A DNA stretch of 63,341 nucleotides, filler included, from Asterionella formosa (GCA_002256025.1; 22 parts of 22 records of this genome joined end to end with filler, not necessarily neighbours in it); one strand, 5' to 3'; counted from the first letter of the whole stretch, positions 24,775-37,527 are shown. The notes: generated by a model not told the origin, from the sequence alone. Made by a program: numbers and translations.

Positions 24775-25894
24775 GTGAAAGTCTCACACTACCTCGCCCA
24801 GGTGAGAGGGGCGGGGTGCCCATGCAGAGCGGATCGCATCCGAGTGCTCAGGGCCCTGCCCCGAGCCTTGGACGCTCTGCATCGGGAGTTTCCAGAAGAT
24901 CCCATTGTGATGATGGGAGACTTCAACATGAAGATGACGGAGCTGCAGATTCTGATGGGACCGTGGCGGCTTCCCTTTCGGGTGTTACCCATCCGAGGGG
25001 GGGCCTCCACTCGCCAAAGCCGGCGGGAGGGACAGCCAACACCTGCCATTGATTTCATCACATATTGTGGTGACACAGTGGCGGCTGTCCCCCCTGCCAG
25101 GGTCCTCGACACATGGGATATTTCGGACCACTTCCCAGTTGCTGCGGACCTACCTGGGCTTACCAGAATCCCAGAGATGGGGATTGCCCCACCACGGCCG
25201 GAAACACTATACCGGCGGATTGTGATGGAGGAGAAGGAACTCAAAGTAACCGTGGCTAATAGTAACTATTGGCAGCCACTAGCTGACTCGCTGGAAGAGG
25301 ACCTGGAGGATGTAATCGAGTGGTCACATTCACTTGAAAACCCCACCAGTTACCACCAGGAAAGGTTGGATGGTATGGCCAAGAAGTTCACTACAACATG
25401 TCACCAGGTGGCAGAGGACCTGAACCTCCACCAACGGGTGGCGGGACTAAACCCACCAAGAGTGACAGGACAGGTACGTCGGGCGATTGAGACCCGAAGG
25501 AGGATCTTCCGGGAAACCCGGAGGGCGGAGTCGCGAGGAGACCGTGAAGATGCAGCACGGCTTGGGGACATGTACAAGGCTGCCAAAGAGAGGGCGCGGA
25601 AGGTGATCCGCCTCTCGGGTAGGCGGGCATGGTATAAGGCAATTAGGGAGGCTCATGTCACTATGCGCGAGAAACCTCGCCATTATTGGCGGTGGGCCGC
25701 AGCGACTGCAGGATGGCGCCAGAAGAGCAGCATCGCAGGTGTCCAACCGGTCCTTGACCCGGATGGACGCCTGCTGACAGCGTTGACTGATATTCATCAG
25801 GCCTGGGGAGCGCACTATGCCTCTCTAGCAGCAGATGAAACCGGTCATAGCCAGGAGGCCCAATATTGGGAGAAATTTGACCCGCACCCACAGG
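24775..25894 (+). mobile_element. Non-LTR retrotransposon, second unit: N-terminally truncated APE endonuclease plus pre-RT linker
   Basis: MMGDFN, IDFI and SDHFPV APE motifs followed by the helical linker (WYKAI...PRHYWRW...WGAHYASL). The N-terminal APE motifs (NxNG, LQE) are absent. Confidence 0.9.
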
Positions 25895-26611
25895 NNNNNN
25901 NNNNNNNNNNNNNNNNNNNNNNNNNNNNNNNNNNNNNNTTAATTAATTAANNNNNNNNNNNNNNNNNNNNNNNNNNNNNNNNNNNNNNNNNNNNTACTGA
26001 AATATACTAGTACTTTGTCGTCGAGCCACATACAAAACTTACCCATTTGGGTTGTTCGTATCGTGTACCGGTATTCTTATCATTTTCATTGCAGGAATCG
26101 TTCCGAGCGAGTCTACAATCACAGTCTTCCGTTGTGCGTTTGAGTGCCAGGTTCAATCCGGGAGATGCAAACTCGGGAGTTGGCGCACCTAAAAACCACG
26201 ATAGTCCAGCTTTTTTCTGTCCGAGCAAGCCCCACTTGAGGTCTGTCATATGTGAGATCTTTTATAGTTAAAAAGTAATCGTAGTACCGGTAGAATAGAC
26301 AAAATCTACTTGAGATGCACGTGATCATTGTACCTGGTACACACCTGTTCTGGCCAATCTGCATCGGAAACATTTGACTTCATCTTTTTTAAGATTACGC
26401 CAACCACGACAACGTAAAAATCTGAGGAGAAGTGTGTTGTACTGTATGTATGTAGCTTCCCTCCTACATAATAACGGAGTGAGAATGATGACGAGTAACC
26501 TAAAGGTATATGCGTTATTTACATGTGATGCAACTGCTGTACAGTTACGGTGTATGAGGAACTACCACTAGCTATTTATTCTTATACACCGGTATATGGT
26601 ACCCTAACATT

Positions 26612-26679
26612 TACCTGCAAGTTGCGGTAATTTTGCTGAAGGGTTATGTGGTTGATTTAAGCAAAATGACCGCAACTGC
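26612..26679. mobile_element. MITE family A, copy 3 (shorter core)
   Basis: TACCTGCAAGTTGCGGTAATTTTGC...GCAAAATGACCGCAAC. Confidence 0.75.
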
Positions 26680-26705
26680 TTGCTGGAGTACCTGTTACTC
26701 ACTAT

Positions 26706-26845
26706 CTGGTACCTGGTACCAGGTACCAGGTTCTCCGTTCTAAGTACCTGGTACCAGGTACCGGCATACAATGGCGAAGTACCTACCGGTATGGGTATAA
26801 TACTCCGGAGAAGTCTACGGTACCAGTACCTCGTACCTGGTACCG
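26706..26845. repeat. Cluster of GGTACC-based palindromes, including a perfect 24-bp palindrome (26706-26729) and an 18-bp one (26744-26761)
   Basis: CTGGTACCTGGTACCAGGTACCAG and GTACCTGGTACCAGGTAC read directly. Confidence 0.9.
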
Positions 26846-27269
26846 TGGTTATTGCAAATAGAAGTCTTCTTCAGTATACAAAGGAGGTAGCATGCACTAA
26901 CTTCCCCATAATCAGTACCGGTAGCTGGTAGGTGCGTGCTTGCAAACTGCTAGCAGGAAGGTATGGTAAAACACGTTTGATCCTTTGGAAAAGATTAAGC
27001 TAAATAGCTCGAACAACGGATTTTCCAGGCACCATCATTGTTTTCCTCCCAAAAAACGTTAGTATGCACATGTACCCGGTACCAGGTTGTTGGCTGTCAT
27101 GAAGGTAATGAAAGGTGAAGAGCTGAATGCCGAAGAGAGCAATAAAGTTGCAAAACTTAGGAAGACGCATGCTGCACCTGCTGATGGTATAAGTAATGAT
27201 TTCTCGGAAGAACATCCTGAAAATTAAGATGGTGCTGTTTCTTCAGAACACCAACAAAACTATGCAGAT

Positions 27270-27785
27270 TTGATAAAAGGGAGAATTAAATGGCGCAAGT
27301 GTGCTATCAGGTCCATCAATGAAAAATACATTTGTCTTGACCTCCTCCTTGGTACTTCTGTTAGTTGTGAAATTCTCTTTTCCATTGCCAAGCACATTCT
27401 TACTTGTGTGAGGAAGTCAACATCACCTGCTGTGTTTGAAGCGATCCTATTTCTAAAAATGAATAGACATAACTGGAATGAGGTTATGGTCGGTAAAGCA
27501 ATGAGTAGGACTATCAAATTAGAGATGGATGACGATGATAAAGTAGATTAACATGATAGAACCAAAGCACTTAAGTAGCTGCCATGATTGCCTGCTGCAT
27601 CCCTTGTTATTGGCCGAAAAAAATTGTGCATAGTAGTGACAATAAGAATACTGCTTTGGAAGCAGTATCAGTATACTGGTATACTGTCATATCAATATTG
27701 AAATACTTAACTGCTTGCCAAGTCAATATGGTATACCATTATACTGTCTTTCTCAAAAACAAAAAAAAGCCCGCAATATCACTGC
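27270..27785 (+). mobile_element. hAT transposase remnant (C-terminal dimerisation region) with possible right end
   Basis: GTSVSCEILFSIAKHILTCVRKSTSPAVFEAILFLKMNRHNW fits the hAT C-terminal pattern (S..CERLFS..R....P..FEA.LFLK.N). Possible terminus ...CAATATCACTG near 27784. Confidence 0.75.
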
Positions 27786-28590
27786 TGTGTAATATACCCG
27801 ACCAACGTACTAGGTACTGGTAACAACAAGAAAACTCCACTTGATGCATCTTCGGGGAGAAAACGCCATCACATATTGTTCACGGGGTGCACTGAGTGGT
27901 ACCAGGGTTACCCTGTCACAAGGTGTACCTGCTACCCCTGGTACCAGCACCAGGTTATAATGTACCTGGAACTAGGGTTGTACCATCAGGGTTACAGGTA
28001 GGTACGTGCGTCGTATTTAGAAACTTTGGCTGAATGCGTCATACCGGGTATGTAGACGCATGATCACTTGATTAGGGAGGATTTGATGCATGGCTGGTCA
28101 TCAACATTCCATGCAAGGTACCGGTACTGCTCTTGCCAACCCGCTTCTACCTGGTACCATACCAGGTACCAGGTACCTGGTACCAGAACCGGGATCTCAT
28201 GCGACTGATTGGTATGCATAGTACCTGGTACCTGGTACCAGGTAACAGGTACCAGTACCGGTAACAGGGAGTGCCTTACCGTAATACGGTTTGTATTCTG
28301 CCACCACGAGTGTCACAAGAGTTCGTCCGCCTTAAATTCATTGAAAGGAAGAATTTATGGAGAGAACATGTGTATTGTTAATAACAAAAAGCAAAATACT
28401 ATTTGAGTTACTTTGTCCCTACATTTTAATTATTACATCATACAGCACGACGAAGCTGACATATGAATTATCAGAGTGTAGGAGGAGCGAGAAATCTAGT
28501 TCATTGATCACTTTCGATTGGCTTTTGTATGCCTATACGTTTTGAATAATTTATCCATCGGCGGACAATCTCAGTTCAAGCGAGAGTACA

Positions 28591-28778
28591 ATGACAAGTG
28601 ACGACACTGTGTTCTCGTCCTTATTGTCAGGCGTTCACGGTCGAGAACGACGACTTGAACGTAACATTGAGAAGATTGACCTCTTACGCGCTAAGAAATA
28701 TGGCATGGAGGAGAAGTCACGGTATGGACGTATCAAGTATACCTATGGCGGAATAGTGTTCATATATGACCCAGTTGA
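28591..28778 (+). CDS. 5' part of a hypothetical gene with a DUF4258-like N-terminal domain; cut by contig end
   Basis: SGVHGRERRLERNIEKIDLLRAKKYG...RIKYTYGGIVFIYD resembles the (S/T)xHA..R..ER.I pattern; recognised by eye only. Confidence 0.55.
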
Positions 28779-28878
28779 NNNNNNNNNNNNNNNNNNNNNN
28801 NNNNNNNNNNNNNNNNNNNNNNTTAATTAATTAANNNNNNNNNNNNNNNNNNNNNNNNNNNNNNNNNNNNNNNNNNNN

Positions 28879-29909
28879 ACATGCAAGGCAGCTGGCCTTA
28901 CTCCCATCATTGTAGGACCTCAATCCAAATTAGAATCCTTCCAATCGTTGGTGAAGGATGATTCCATAATGATGACTATCGGAATGCCAGAAGTTGGCGA
29001 ACCTACCTTTGGCACATTGGCTGCTGTTGTGTTTTGTGCAGAGGACGATTCAGTCCTCCCTGCTGCCATTGTTGATCGAGTCTTGAATTACAAGGATCAG
29101 AATCAGTTGCCATGGGTCGAGGGGGGACTGAAGAAAGTGGTATGTTGCGCGCCCATTTCGAACAAAATTGTCAAGGAAAAGTCCATGGGGTGGATCCCCA
29201 TTTTCAATAATGACAATACAAATGACAAATTGTGGAATGAGTTCCTGGCGGCATACTCTGGCCACCCTCTCTCAAAGGCAGAACAAGGAACGTTAGTGAG
29301 GTATGGGAGTTTGTTGGGCGGAAGTGTGGACGGGCCAGAGTGTTTGCGAGAAATGGGAATTGATGAAAAAATGTACAAGGTAACTAGAAATCAATGTCAT
29401 GTTCTCATACACATTCCTGAAGAATTTTTCATTTCTCTAAACGCATTCATCACCTCTCCTTATTTATCAATGACTCACACGCACGCACATACATACAAAT
29501 ACATTTGAAGATGACATTGGAACAATATCGCGACCTCAAAGAACGTGGATTTGATCGATTCAAGTTGGGGGCGCAAATCTTATCTGGTGATACGAACAAT
29601 CCCAAACCACCCAATCAAGATAAGCTGGAGAACCAAGCATTGAAAAAAGATGAATACAAAGAAGCCTTTCGAGTAACATCGGGATATCCAGAACAAGATC
29701 GTGCCAATCGTCATACCGTAGCACAAGCGATTGTACAATCCTTACTGTTGGAAAATGTGCCAAAAGAATTCACAGTGTTGAGTAAGGGATCGTCGTTCTT
29801 TCCGTCGGATAAGGAGTGGAATGATATGTTTGCCAATCCAGGACCAGCGCAATGGCCAGATCCCTTTGCCTGGGATCCAGTCAAGAATGGAGGATTTCAA
29901 CAAAAATGA
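28879..29909 (+). CDS. Hypothetical protein, 3' part, possibly an atypical Rossmann/SDR-like fold; intron 29380-29510
   Basis: Two ORFs joined in phase 0 by GTAACT...GAAG (KMYK to MTLEQ). RYGSLLGG and NRHTVAQAIVQSL resemble atypical SDR C-terminal motifs. Confidence 0.75.
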
Positions 29910-30563
29910 TGAACGCACCCATTTGAGTTGACAAATAGGTATAGAGGAAGCTCGATACATGCGATTCTATAGTCGGATATTAGTAATATACATCTTACTA
30001 GTGCAAACTTGAGCCATTCGTGCTGGGTCAAACCCAATCTGTCCTGGGTTTTCTCCAAAAACATTTACTCTTCCTTCCCCCTCTTGGTCAATTTCCCATG
30101 TTTAATAGCGTTAATCAAATCATAGTTCAAGCGGTTTCAGTTGGCCATTTCTCTTTCTAAATTATATTAATTTACAGTTCTTTTCAGGTGAATCTGGAAG
30201 TGTGATACCGGTAATTGACTACAATGCCAATAAAATGGTTTATAAGCTAGTCTCTGCTCCTCGCTGAGAAATGTAACGCTGCTCCGAAGGATGCAAAATA
30301 GATTTTTACAGGTCTTAATAAATAATTAATAAATATACCGGTATATTAGTTGTCTAAATGTTTTTCGATTATGTACAATATCATGTTCACAGATATAGCC
30401 ACGGGATTCTAGTCGGAAGGGTCAAACATTGCAAGGAACATCCTGGAACAAAACGAAGTCAACAAAAGGCGGAGTATCGGACGACAATGGCCGGCCAATA
30501 GATGTTCTCAATAATGTGCGCAATATATCATACCGGTAGCTGATTTGAATGGTTGACAACAGC

Positions 30564-30932
30564 TTATTGGATAACACGGCGAAGGGGCACGCATCGTGGC
30601 CCCAGTTGTAGCTTGCATCTGGGCTGCATTTGCTCGTAGTAGCAATCGCGAACTGTATTTGCAGTAAAGAAACCCCAGTCCTCCTCGTTGTCGTTGGCGG
30701 GCGGAGCGTCGGGGCTGCTTGTGACAAGATTCTTGTCATCCAGGGCAGCCAAGCACTCAAAGGTCTTTGTCTTTGATAGGCTCGATTTCAGAGGTTCCAT
30801 TACACATTCATTATCTTCCGAGATGGCCCGTAGTGGCGTGCGAAAGGAGGACCTGGACGACAAGGACTGCGGTGAGTAGTCTCTCGACAGGTGCACGGAG
30901 GACATTTCGTAGTTAAGACGAGGAATGGTCAT
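30564..30932 (-). CDS. Small disordered hypothetical protein with an acidic DWGFF motif
   Basis: Ser-rich 122-aa ORF with LSKTKTFECLAAL and DNEEDWGFF; coding-like composition. Confidence 0.6.
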   Translation of the reverse strand: MTIPRLNYEMSSVHLSRDYSPQSLSSRSSFRTPLRAISEDNECVMEPLKSSLSKTKTFECLAALDDKNLVTSSPDAPPANDNEEDWGFFTANTVRDCYYEQMQPRCKLQLGPRCVPLRRVIQ

Positions 30933-31859
30933 GGTCAAAAAAGGCTTCTGAATTACTTTTATTCTTCGAAACAGAATCACGCGTTAATTCGTAACTGAAT
31001 TGACGCTTCTATGGAAGGGAGATGGATTGTGATGGGCAGTGCAATGTAATGTAGTCAACGTCTCTAGCATGGAGCTGCACTTCAGGAAGCGCTAATTGTG
31101 GAAAAGTTGTTACTGTTGTTCCTGCAGGAAATAATGAAATGGCGAACGCAAATTGGTTTCTTCGTCGTCGCTCGTGATCACTGTATTAACTAATCTTTTG
31201 TGTGAAGTGCTATTGTGAACAATGTGTAGAATCGTTTTTTGTTCGCTTTCTACATACATGCGTCGTCGGAAGAAAACGAGGGTGTCAGAATCTCCATGAT
31301 GTTTGTCACATTTTCATATGCGTCCTCAGTGTCGCTGGTGACGTTTGCTGCGAAGCCGCTCTATACTACATGATTTTCTTATAAGTTTCGAAACCAAGCG
31401 ACATCTCCTTTGCATCACTTTCGTCAAAGTGCGTCAGTTGATGCCCTCTGTTCCGCCGGCTGGTTGAATCTAATTACCGGTACACGATAGCATTCAAAAT
31501 GCATCCGAAAAACGATTATCTACGCCGTATAAATGATAGCAAGGAGAGTACGGGACTGCGACACAATAGAATTCCTGCATAGTGGTATTCCATATCGTTT
31601 GCATTCGTCGCATCGCTTCAAAACGTATGCCATAGGGATAACGGTACCTGATACCTGGTACCNNNNNNNNNNNNNNNNNNNNNNNNNNNNNNNNNNNNNN
31701 NNNNNNTTAATTAATTAANNNNNNNNNNNNNNNNNNNNNNNNNNNNNNNNNNNNNNNNNNNNATCCCATCGTCTGCTGCTTGTTATGCTAGTTGAAGCGG
31801 ATTGGTAAGTACAACAGTGAAACACTGAATGTGGATTGTAGATCGTATTTATCGACTTT

Positions 31860-32781
31860 CCGATTTGATTGCTTCCGTGGTTTGTTTTGATCGCTTCCAT
31901 CGTTGTTTGTCATTACGCACTGTCGTTTTGTTTCGATTGTACATATCTACATAAGAACCAATGCATTTATCAATGACTACTCATTGAAGATTGCCGTTGT
32001 TGATTTGTATAGTCATTGACAATGATGTCAATATTGCCGCCAAGCAATGCTTTTCTTGTACTAACACGCTTTGCTACATTTCTACTGCAAGTTCGTATCA
32101 GAAGCTACATGAATACTCAGCTAGAGAGAGTCAATAGTGCTGGAGCAGCGTGGCGATCATGCTTGCTCAGAATGGAATGATCAGGGTTGCCTGTTTGGTG
32201 CATCTACTGGGCGGAGAGGAATGACTGTGGCGGAAATACTGCTACTGGTGTCAGGCTACTACAGCGATGCGTATGGTTGCAGCAACCAGACCGTTGACGC
32301 TAAATAACGATGCAGGTCTACATTGGGTTGGGCTTTTTTTCTTCTCCTTTCGGTCTTCGATTGTATATGGTGATGGAAAGTCAATGTTGCCTGTGTAAGT
32401 ACTACAATGATTCACAATGCATACGTCTCCATTGGAACTCTTATTTTTTATTTCATTTCTAACCCAAAACAATTTTTTCTATTTCTCATTTGATGCTACT
32501 TATTACATCGCATTTCATACTTTGGTTGCTCCAAACATCATGATCAATTTTCATTGATGTTGCATGTTACAATCATTCTCGTGTGTTTTACGCTTGTTGT
32601 ACCATCTCTATGCATATTACCGATATTCTGGTTGTCATGCTAAAATCGGCAATTTTATTGCCAAAAAATTCGATGTGCCCCATATTGCCCTTAAATAAAA
32701 ATTACTTAAGAAATTACTTAGAGCGTAAAAATTACTTAGAAGTACCCGAATGGCAAGACGATAGCTGGAGCGGGAATTGCT
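31860..32781. mobile_element. Family C element end, abutting and truncating a copia ORF
   Basis: Homologous to 1660-2492. The terminus GAATTGCT at 32781 is directly joined to retrotransposon coding sequence. Confidence 0.82.
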
Positions 32782-34545
32782 TCAACAACTCAGATGAGTT
32801 GCTGGGAATTCGTGGTGTCAACCAATGAATTGTGTGGGAGTTTGCTTCTTCGATTGTAGGTAGGCAAACATTGAATGTAAGAAGTTTTTCATCATCAGTG
32901 AACAATAGTTTAATCTGAATGTCGTCAACCTCAATGCATTGCAAACTGCCATCCCGTTCAGAAATGTCATGAACAATAACATTATTACGCCTCATCACAT
33001 GAGTGTTGATCAGCGCTTCTGTTTGTTCTGGTCTTTCATCAAAGGCTGCTCCCCCCAACCCAAGTAAATAGGTTTCTTTTGCTTCTGGATGTTCATAAGC
33101 AGTGACTGCATTGACAATTGGAAGAGTAGGTCCATCCATATTGGCCCCCCAACCATGCAGTTTTGCGCTCTTGCTCACATTTTCCAGAACTCTCCATCCT
33201 CCGACTCCGCCAATGACCTCAAATTCAGTTCCTCCATCAAGCACAACCCTTGCTGCTTCCCCCAGAATGCGTCCATGTCGGAGTACTGGGTTGCGACGTC
33301 CCTTTTTCTTTTTCCTGGGAGTCTCCTTCTTAGATTTCTTCTTTTGGGTAATTGTTGTAGAATTTATTTCCTGGTCACTATCATCTCCATCGTCCTCACT
33401 GTCTTTGTCATCAGAGTCCTTGATTTTCACATGAGGTGTAGCCGTATCACATAATCCAGAAGCTGAGGTCTTTGTCCTTCTAGCCTTCTTCTTGCGCTTT
33501 CTTGTCTTTGGCTTGTTCTTGGAGTGGCATCCCTCGTCAGATTCGACTGAGTTGTCATCTTTCTTGGCATCTCCATTGGCGCCAGTCAACTCGTCGACAC
33601 GAATTGCCCTTCCTTCATTATTCCAGACACTTCTCCACTTAAATAGATCTTTCTTGATAGAATTGGATTTAATTGTATTGAGTAGGTGTGTGGGGAGGAA
33701 AGGAATTTGGTTGTCTTTAGATGATTTAGGTGTGGCTCCACCTTTACTTGTAAAAGTTGTTGCACGCCTTGCCTTGGTGGAACTCTCTCGTGAGAATCTT
33801 TCCAATTCCTGTTCTCTGCTCCGAATACGTTGAACACACTCATCAAAAGTCTTGTTGGTGTCACCACGAAGGTTCTGAACGCAAACATCATAGTCTTCAT
33901 CCTCAATTTGATCAAGGAATTTAGTCCGCTTTGTTGCTTCAGTGTAGCCTTCATGTTTATCTTCCAACTTTCGACTGCAGAGGATGAACGTGTTTATGTA
34001 CTCGTTAGCTTTCACCTTATTGGACAGTCGTAACTCATTGAGTTGATTCCTGTAGTGATCAATAAGGGTCCTTGATACTTCTGCTTTTCCATACCACATC
34101 TTTAATCCAGTCCAGGCATCATGTCCACTCTGGAGCCCATTTGCATCAATTATATGATGTGCAGTCCCCTTATACAGTGCTTTCTTCAGCATGTTGTATA
34201 ATTCACGGTCACGTGCCATACCTACTGTATCAGCTGGTACTGGCTTGCCTGTACCTGTCAAAAGTGTTGCATATGCCGTCTGCCCAAGTGTTGCACCTGT
34301 ACCAATGTACCATTCCTCCCAGTTGATTGGATCCCCGGAAAAATCCTAGAGTGAATCAACATATATTTTCGGGGCCCCACGCGTAGGGTCTACAGGCATG
34401 GCTGGTACTGCTGGTACAACTGCTTGTGCCGTAGTGGCCATGGGCATGCTTAGTGTCACCATGACATTCTGCATAGTTGTTTGGACGTTTACGACATGTC
34501 CTCTTGCGAGAAATGTCCCAAGTCTTGCCAACTTGCGCCTAAGCA
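32782..34545 (-). mobile_element. Ty1/copia-type LTR retrotransposon gag-protease region, inactivated
   Basis: Gag-like FSGDPINWEEW, LYNMLKKAL, SGHDAWTGLKMWYG and KFLDQIEDEDY; protease-like VVLDGGTE. In-frame TAG at 34346-34348; truncated by family C. Confidence 0.8.
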
Positions 34546-34645
34546 NNNNNNNNNNNNNNNNNNNNNNNNNNNNNNNNNNNNNNNNNNNNTTAATTAATTA
34601 ANNNNNNNNNNNNNNNNNNNNNNNNNNNNNNNNNNNNNNNNNNNN

Positions 34646-37427
34646 TTCAGAGAATGTTTACTTGGAAGTTGAAATTGAGGAGGAAGGGGCATTTCCATTG
34701 CATTTTCAGGGAGAAAGCCGGTGCGATCTTGAAAATCTGAATATTGCATGGTTTCTGAATTCAACCCTTGGACAGTTTTTAGTCTCAATTGTTCGTCCTG
34801 TTGTGACTGAATATTCTTATAAACTGAATCGTCGCTGTCGTCATGAAGTGGATGATTGTGGTCACTTGATTCAAGTATAGGACACATAATCTCTTCTTGT
34901 TGTCTACTCTCCCTAAGTGCTGCAGCAGTTACACTGCCATCATTAACTTCTTTCCTTGAATGATTAGATGCACTACCGCAATACATAGTTTCACTATGTA
35001 TTCTAGTAACTCGATGTTCCTGCATGGAATTTCGACAGTGACCATATGCATAAAAAACACGGTTGCTACAATTTCGATTGTGAGACCACTCAGATGGGGA
35101 TTTGTTCTTCCGAAATTTGTAGTTACACAGATAACACCATTGCAATGTGCGCAAAGACATTGCAAATTGCAAATGATGACCAAGTCAGGATATGAACAGG
35201 ATAGAATGAAAATGAATTAATATATAATAATAAATTGAGCGCCACTTCGAACATGCTTCTGTGCTGGAAAATACAGAGTCGTGAAATTATCACTCCACCA
35301 TAGTAGTAAAAATGGAGGTATACCGCTACATGTAGTAGTACAGGCGGCACTAATAGTAATAGTAGTATAGAGCAGAATCAATGTTTTCCTATCATCTCTG
35401 ATATGGCTTGCATTTTAGAAGTCTCACACCAACTATAATTATTATGTAACTACTAAGTCTGCATTGGATTCTATTAGATCCATTCAAAATCAACATCGTC
35501 ATCAATGTGCCGTTGATTAATTCAGTCATTATAATCAATATTCCTTTCAGGAACATTTGGTTGAAGTGATTCGACATATTGATGTATATCCTCTTCACTT
35601 ACATTGGGAAATGAGAAGTATGAGTGTGGGTAGATGATATTTGTGGTGGGAGTAGCAATTCCACTAGGATTCCTTCCATATTCAGATCGATTCTTTTGTG
35701 AAAGTCCAGTGTAGATTTGCTTATAATAACCGAGTAAATCAATATCATCAGTCCATTGATCAGTGAGACCATTTGAAACTGAACTTTCTTCCTCACCATT
35801 TTTTTGATAAGTGGTTTCCCACCAATGTCGGCAAAATCAGTAGAATGACGAATATCTATCGTTCTCTGAAATTTCATGTGTATCTGGATTGAAACCCAAG
35901 TATTTTGGTTGCAATCGAAATTTCCTTTCAGCATCAGCCAAAAAACAAAAAGGCTTCTGTACTGGCATTGATCAGCGAACCAAAAAAACATGATTGCAAT
36001 TCACACTGTGCCCAAAGACTGAGTTGAAATTTGGCTTGGTCACACCAGAATTGTCTCCTGTTAAAAATGGTTCTTCACAGCTTGTCCTGCCTATAAAATA
36101 CACTGGAGCAAGAACATCACGCCAGACTTGGTATCCTTGGCTTCCCCTGTCAATGTGCATTGACTGCGCAAAACGATAAAGCATGAACGCTTACCTAATA
36201 AAGTCATCAATATCCATATTCTGGAAGTTATATTCTGTTATACCAGTTGGTGTGTCATGAATTATGTTAGCATTTTTAAATTGAAACATATTTGATAAGA
36301 ATATAATCACCGGCTCAAAACATCATGCTTTCAGAGCATCTCCCTGCAAGAACTTACCTAAGATTCCTTTAAATTGATTATTCAATACATTCTGACATTC
36401 TCTAGCTCAACTTTTTAATGCACATGCCACCAAATGTTGATTTGATGTAATCTTAACGTGCCTTGTTGGTACGTTCAATGGTCTGATTCATTAGAAGTAG
36501 TGCATCAGAACCATTCCATATGAAATCGGCAAGCTCTAGGTCACTCTCCACTTCTTTGCCTAACTCCGGTTTAACTGTGTATAGCCGAGTTAGGCAACAT
36601 TCGGCAAACCAATCCTGTTTGTGATTGGAAATGCCTTTCATACTACTTGGACCAGATAGGGCGGGATGTTTGATTCTCTTTTGGGAACAGAAAAAAGCAC
36701 ATTTGATTGATATTCTGTTTTACAGTACCTGCAATTCACAAACTATAACATCAAACTTACATGTTCACAGCAAAACTTCTTGGTCTTGAATATAAAACTC
36801 ACAACCTTTGTGACAATTGATGGTTCAATTTTAGCTAAGCGAGAACGACGTTCTGATAAGGCTGCTGAAATTGAAGAGTCTTGATAACCTCGTATGGACG
36901 AGTTTTGAACCGAATTACGACCTTTGTAGTGATTGAGTTCATTGACCAATTGATAATATCCTTTGGCAGGTACAAAATGTTTTTCCCTCAGGTTGTCATG
37001 TACTTGTTGGTCCGTGCGATTAGAAAATTTATGATATGGTACCATGTCATCCATCTGCATCCGGGAGTTATTAATGTCATCATCGACAGGAGCCATTTTT
37101 CTTGTATCAACAACTGAAGTAGAAACGTCATCATTGCTGTCAGTATCAATTACGGGATCCTTTGCACTAGTAGCTGATGGTGTCCTCATCGACGATGGGG
37201 TATTACCCCCAACGTCTCCCAATCGCCGATTGGGTTGCTTTGGATAATCGCCTATTCGCTTTTTCTTTGTAAACTCATTTTGGAACTTGCTTCTTTGTTC
37301 AATACCGGCAGTATTTGCCACATGTCGCTTGTTTCCATGAACCTCTTTATGGTTTCTTGAAGACATTGTACTACTTGATAACTGTTGTCGTTGTCTTCCT
37401 TAAAGTTCGATGATCTTAAATTCATTT
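34646..37427 (-). pseudogene. Family B, longest copy (ATG at 37366, 207-aa first ORF, putative introns, later frameshifts)
   Basis: Bridges the copies at 12753-14347 and 21953-23008. Conserved GTGAGT...TGCAG and GTAAGT splice-like sites. Confidence 0.75.
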
Positions 37428-37527
37428 NNNNNNNNNNNNNNNNNNNNNNNNNNNNNNNNNNNNNNNNNNNNTTAATTAATTAANNNNNNNNNNNNNNNNN
37501 NNNNNNNNNNNNNNNNNNNNNNNNNNN

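Noticed and set aside
24722..24777. Stop-codon readthrough fusing RT to APE
   Set aside because: The APE ORF is in a different frame with a TGA at 24772, and the APE lacks its N-terminus. A tandem junction is simpler.
26680..26931. Short ORFs rich in WYLVPGT/YQVPGT (also 6956-7216, 28209-28406, 55431-55765)
   Set aside because: These are translations of the GGTACC palindromes, not a protein family.
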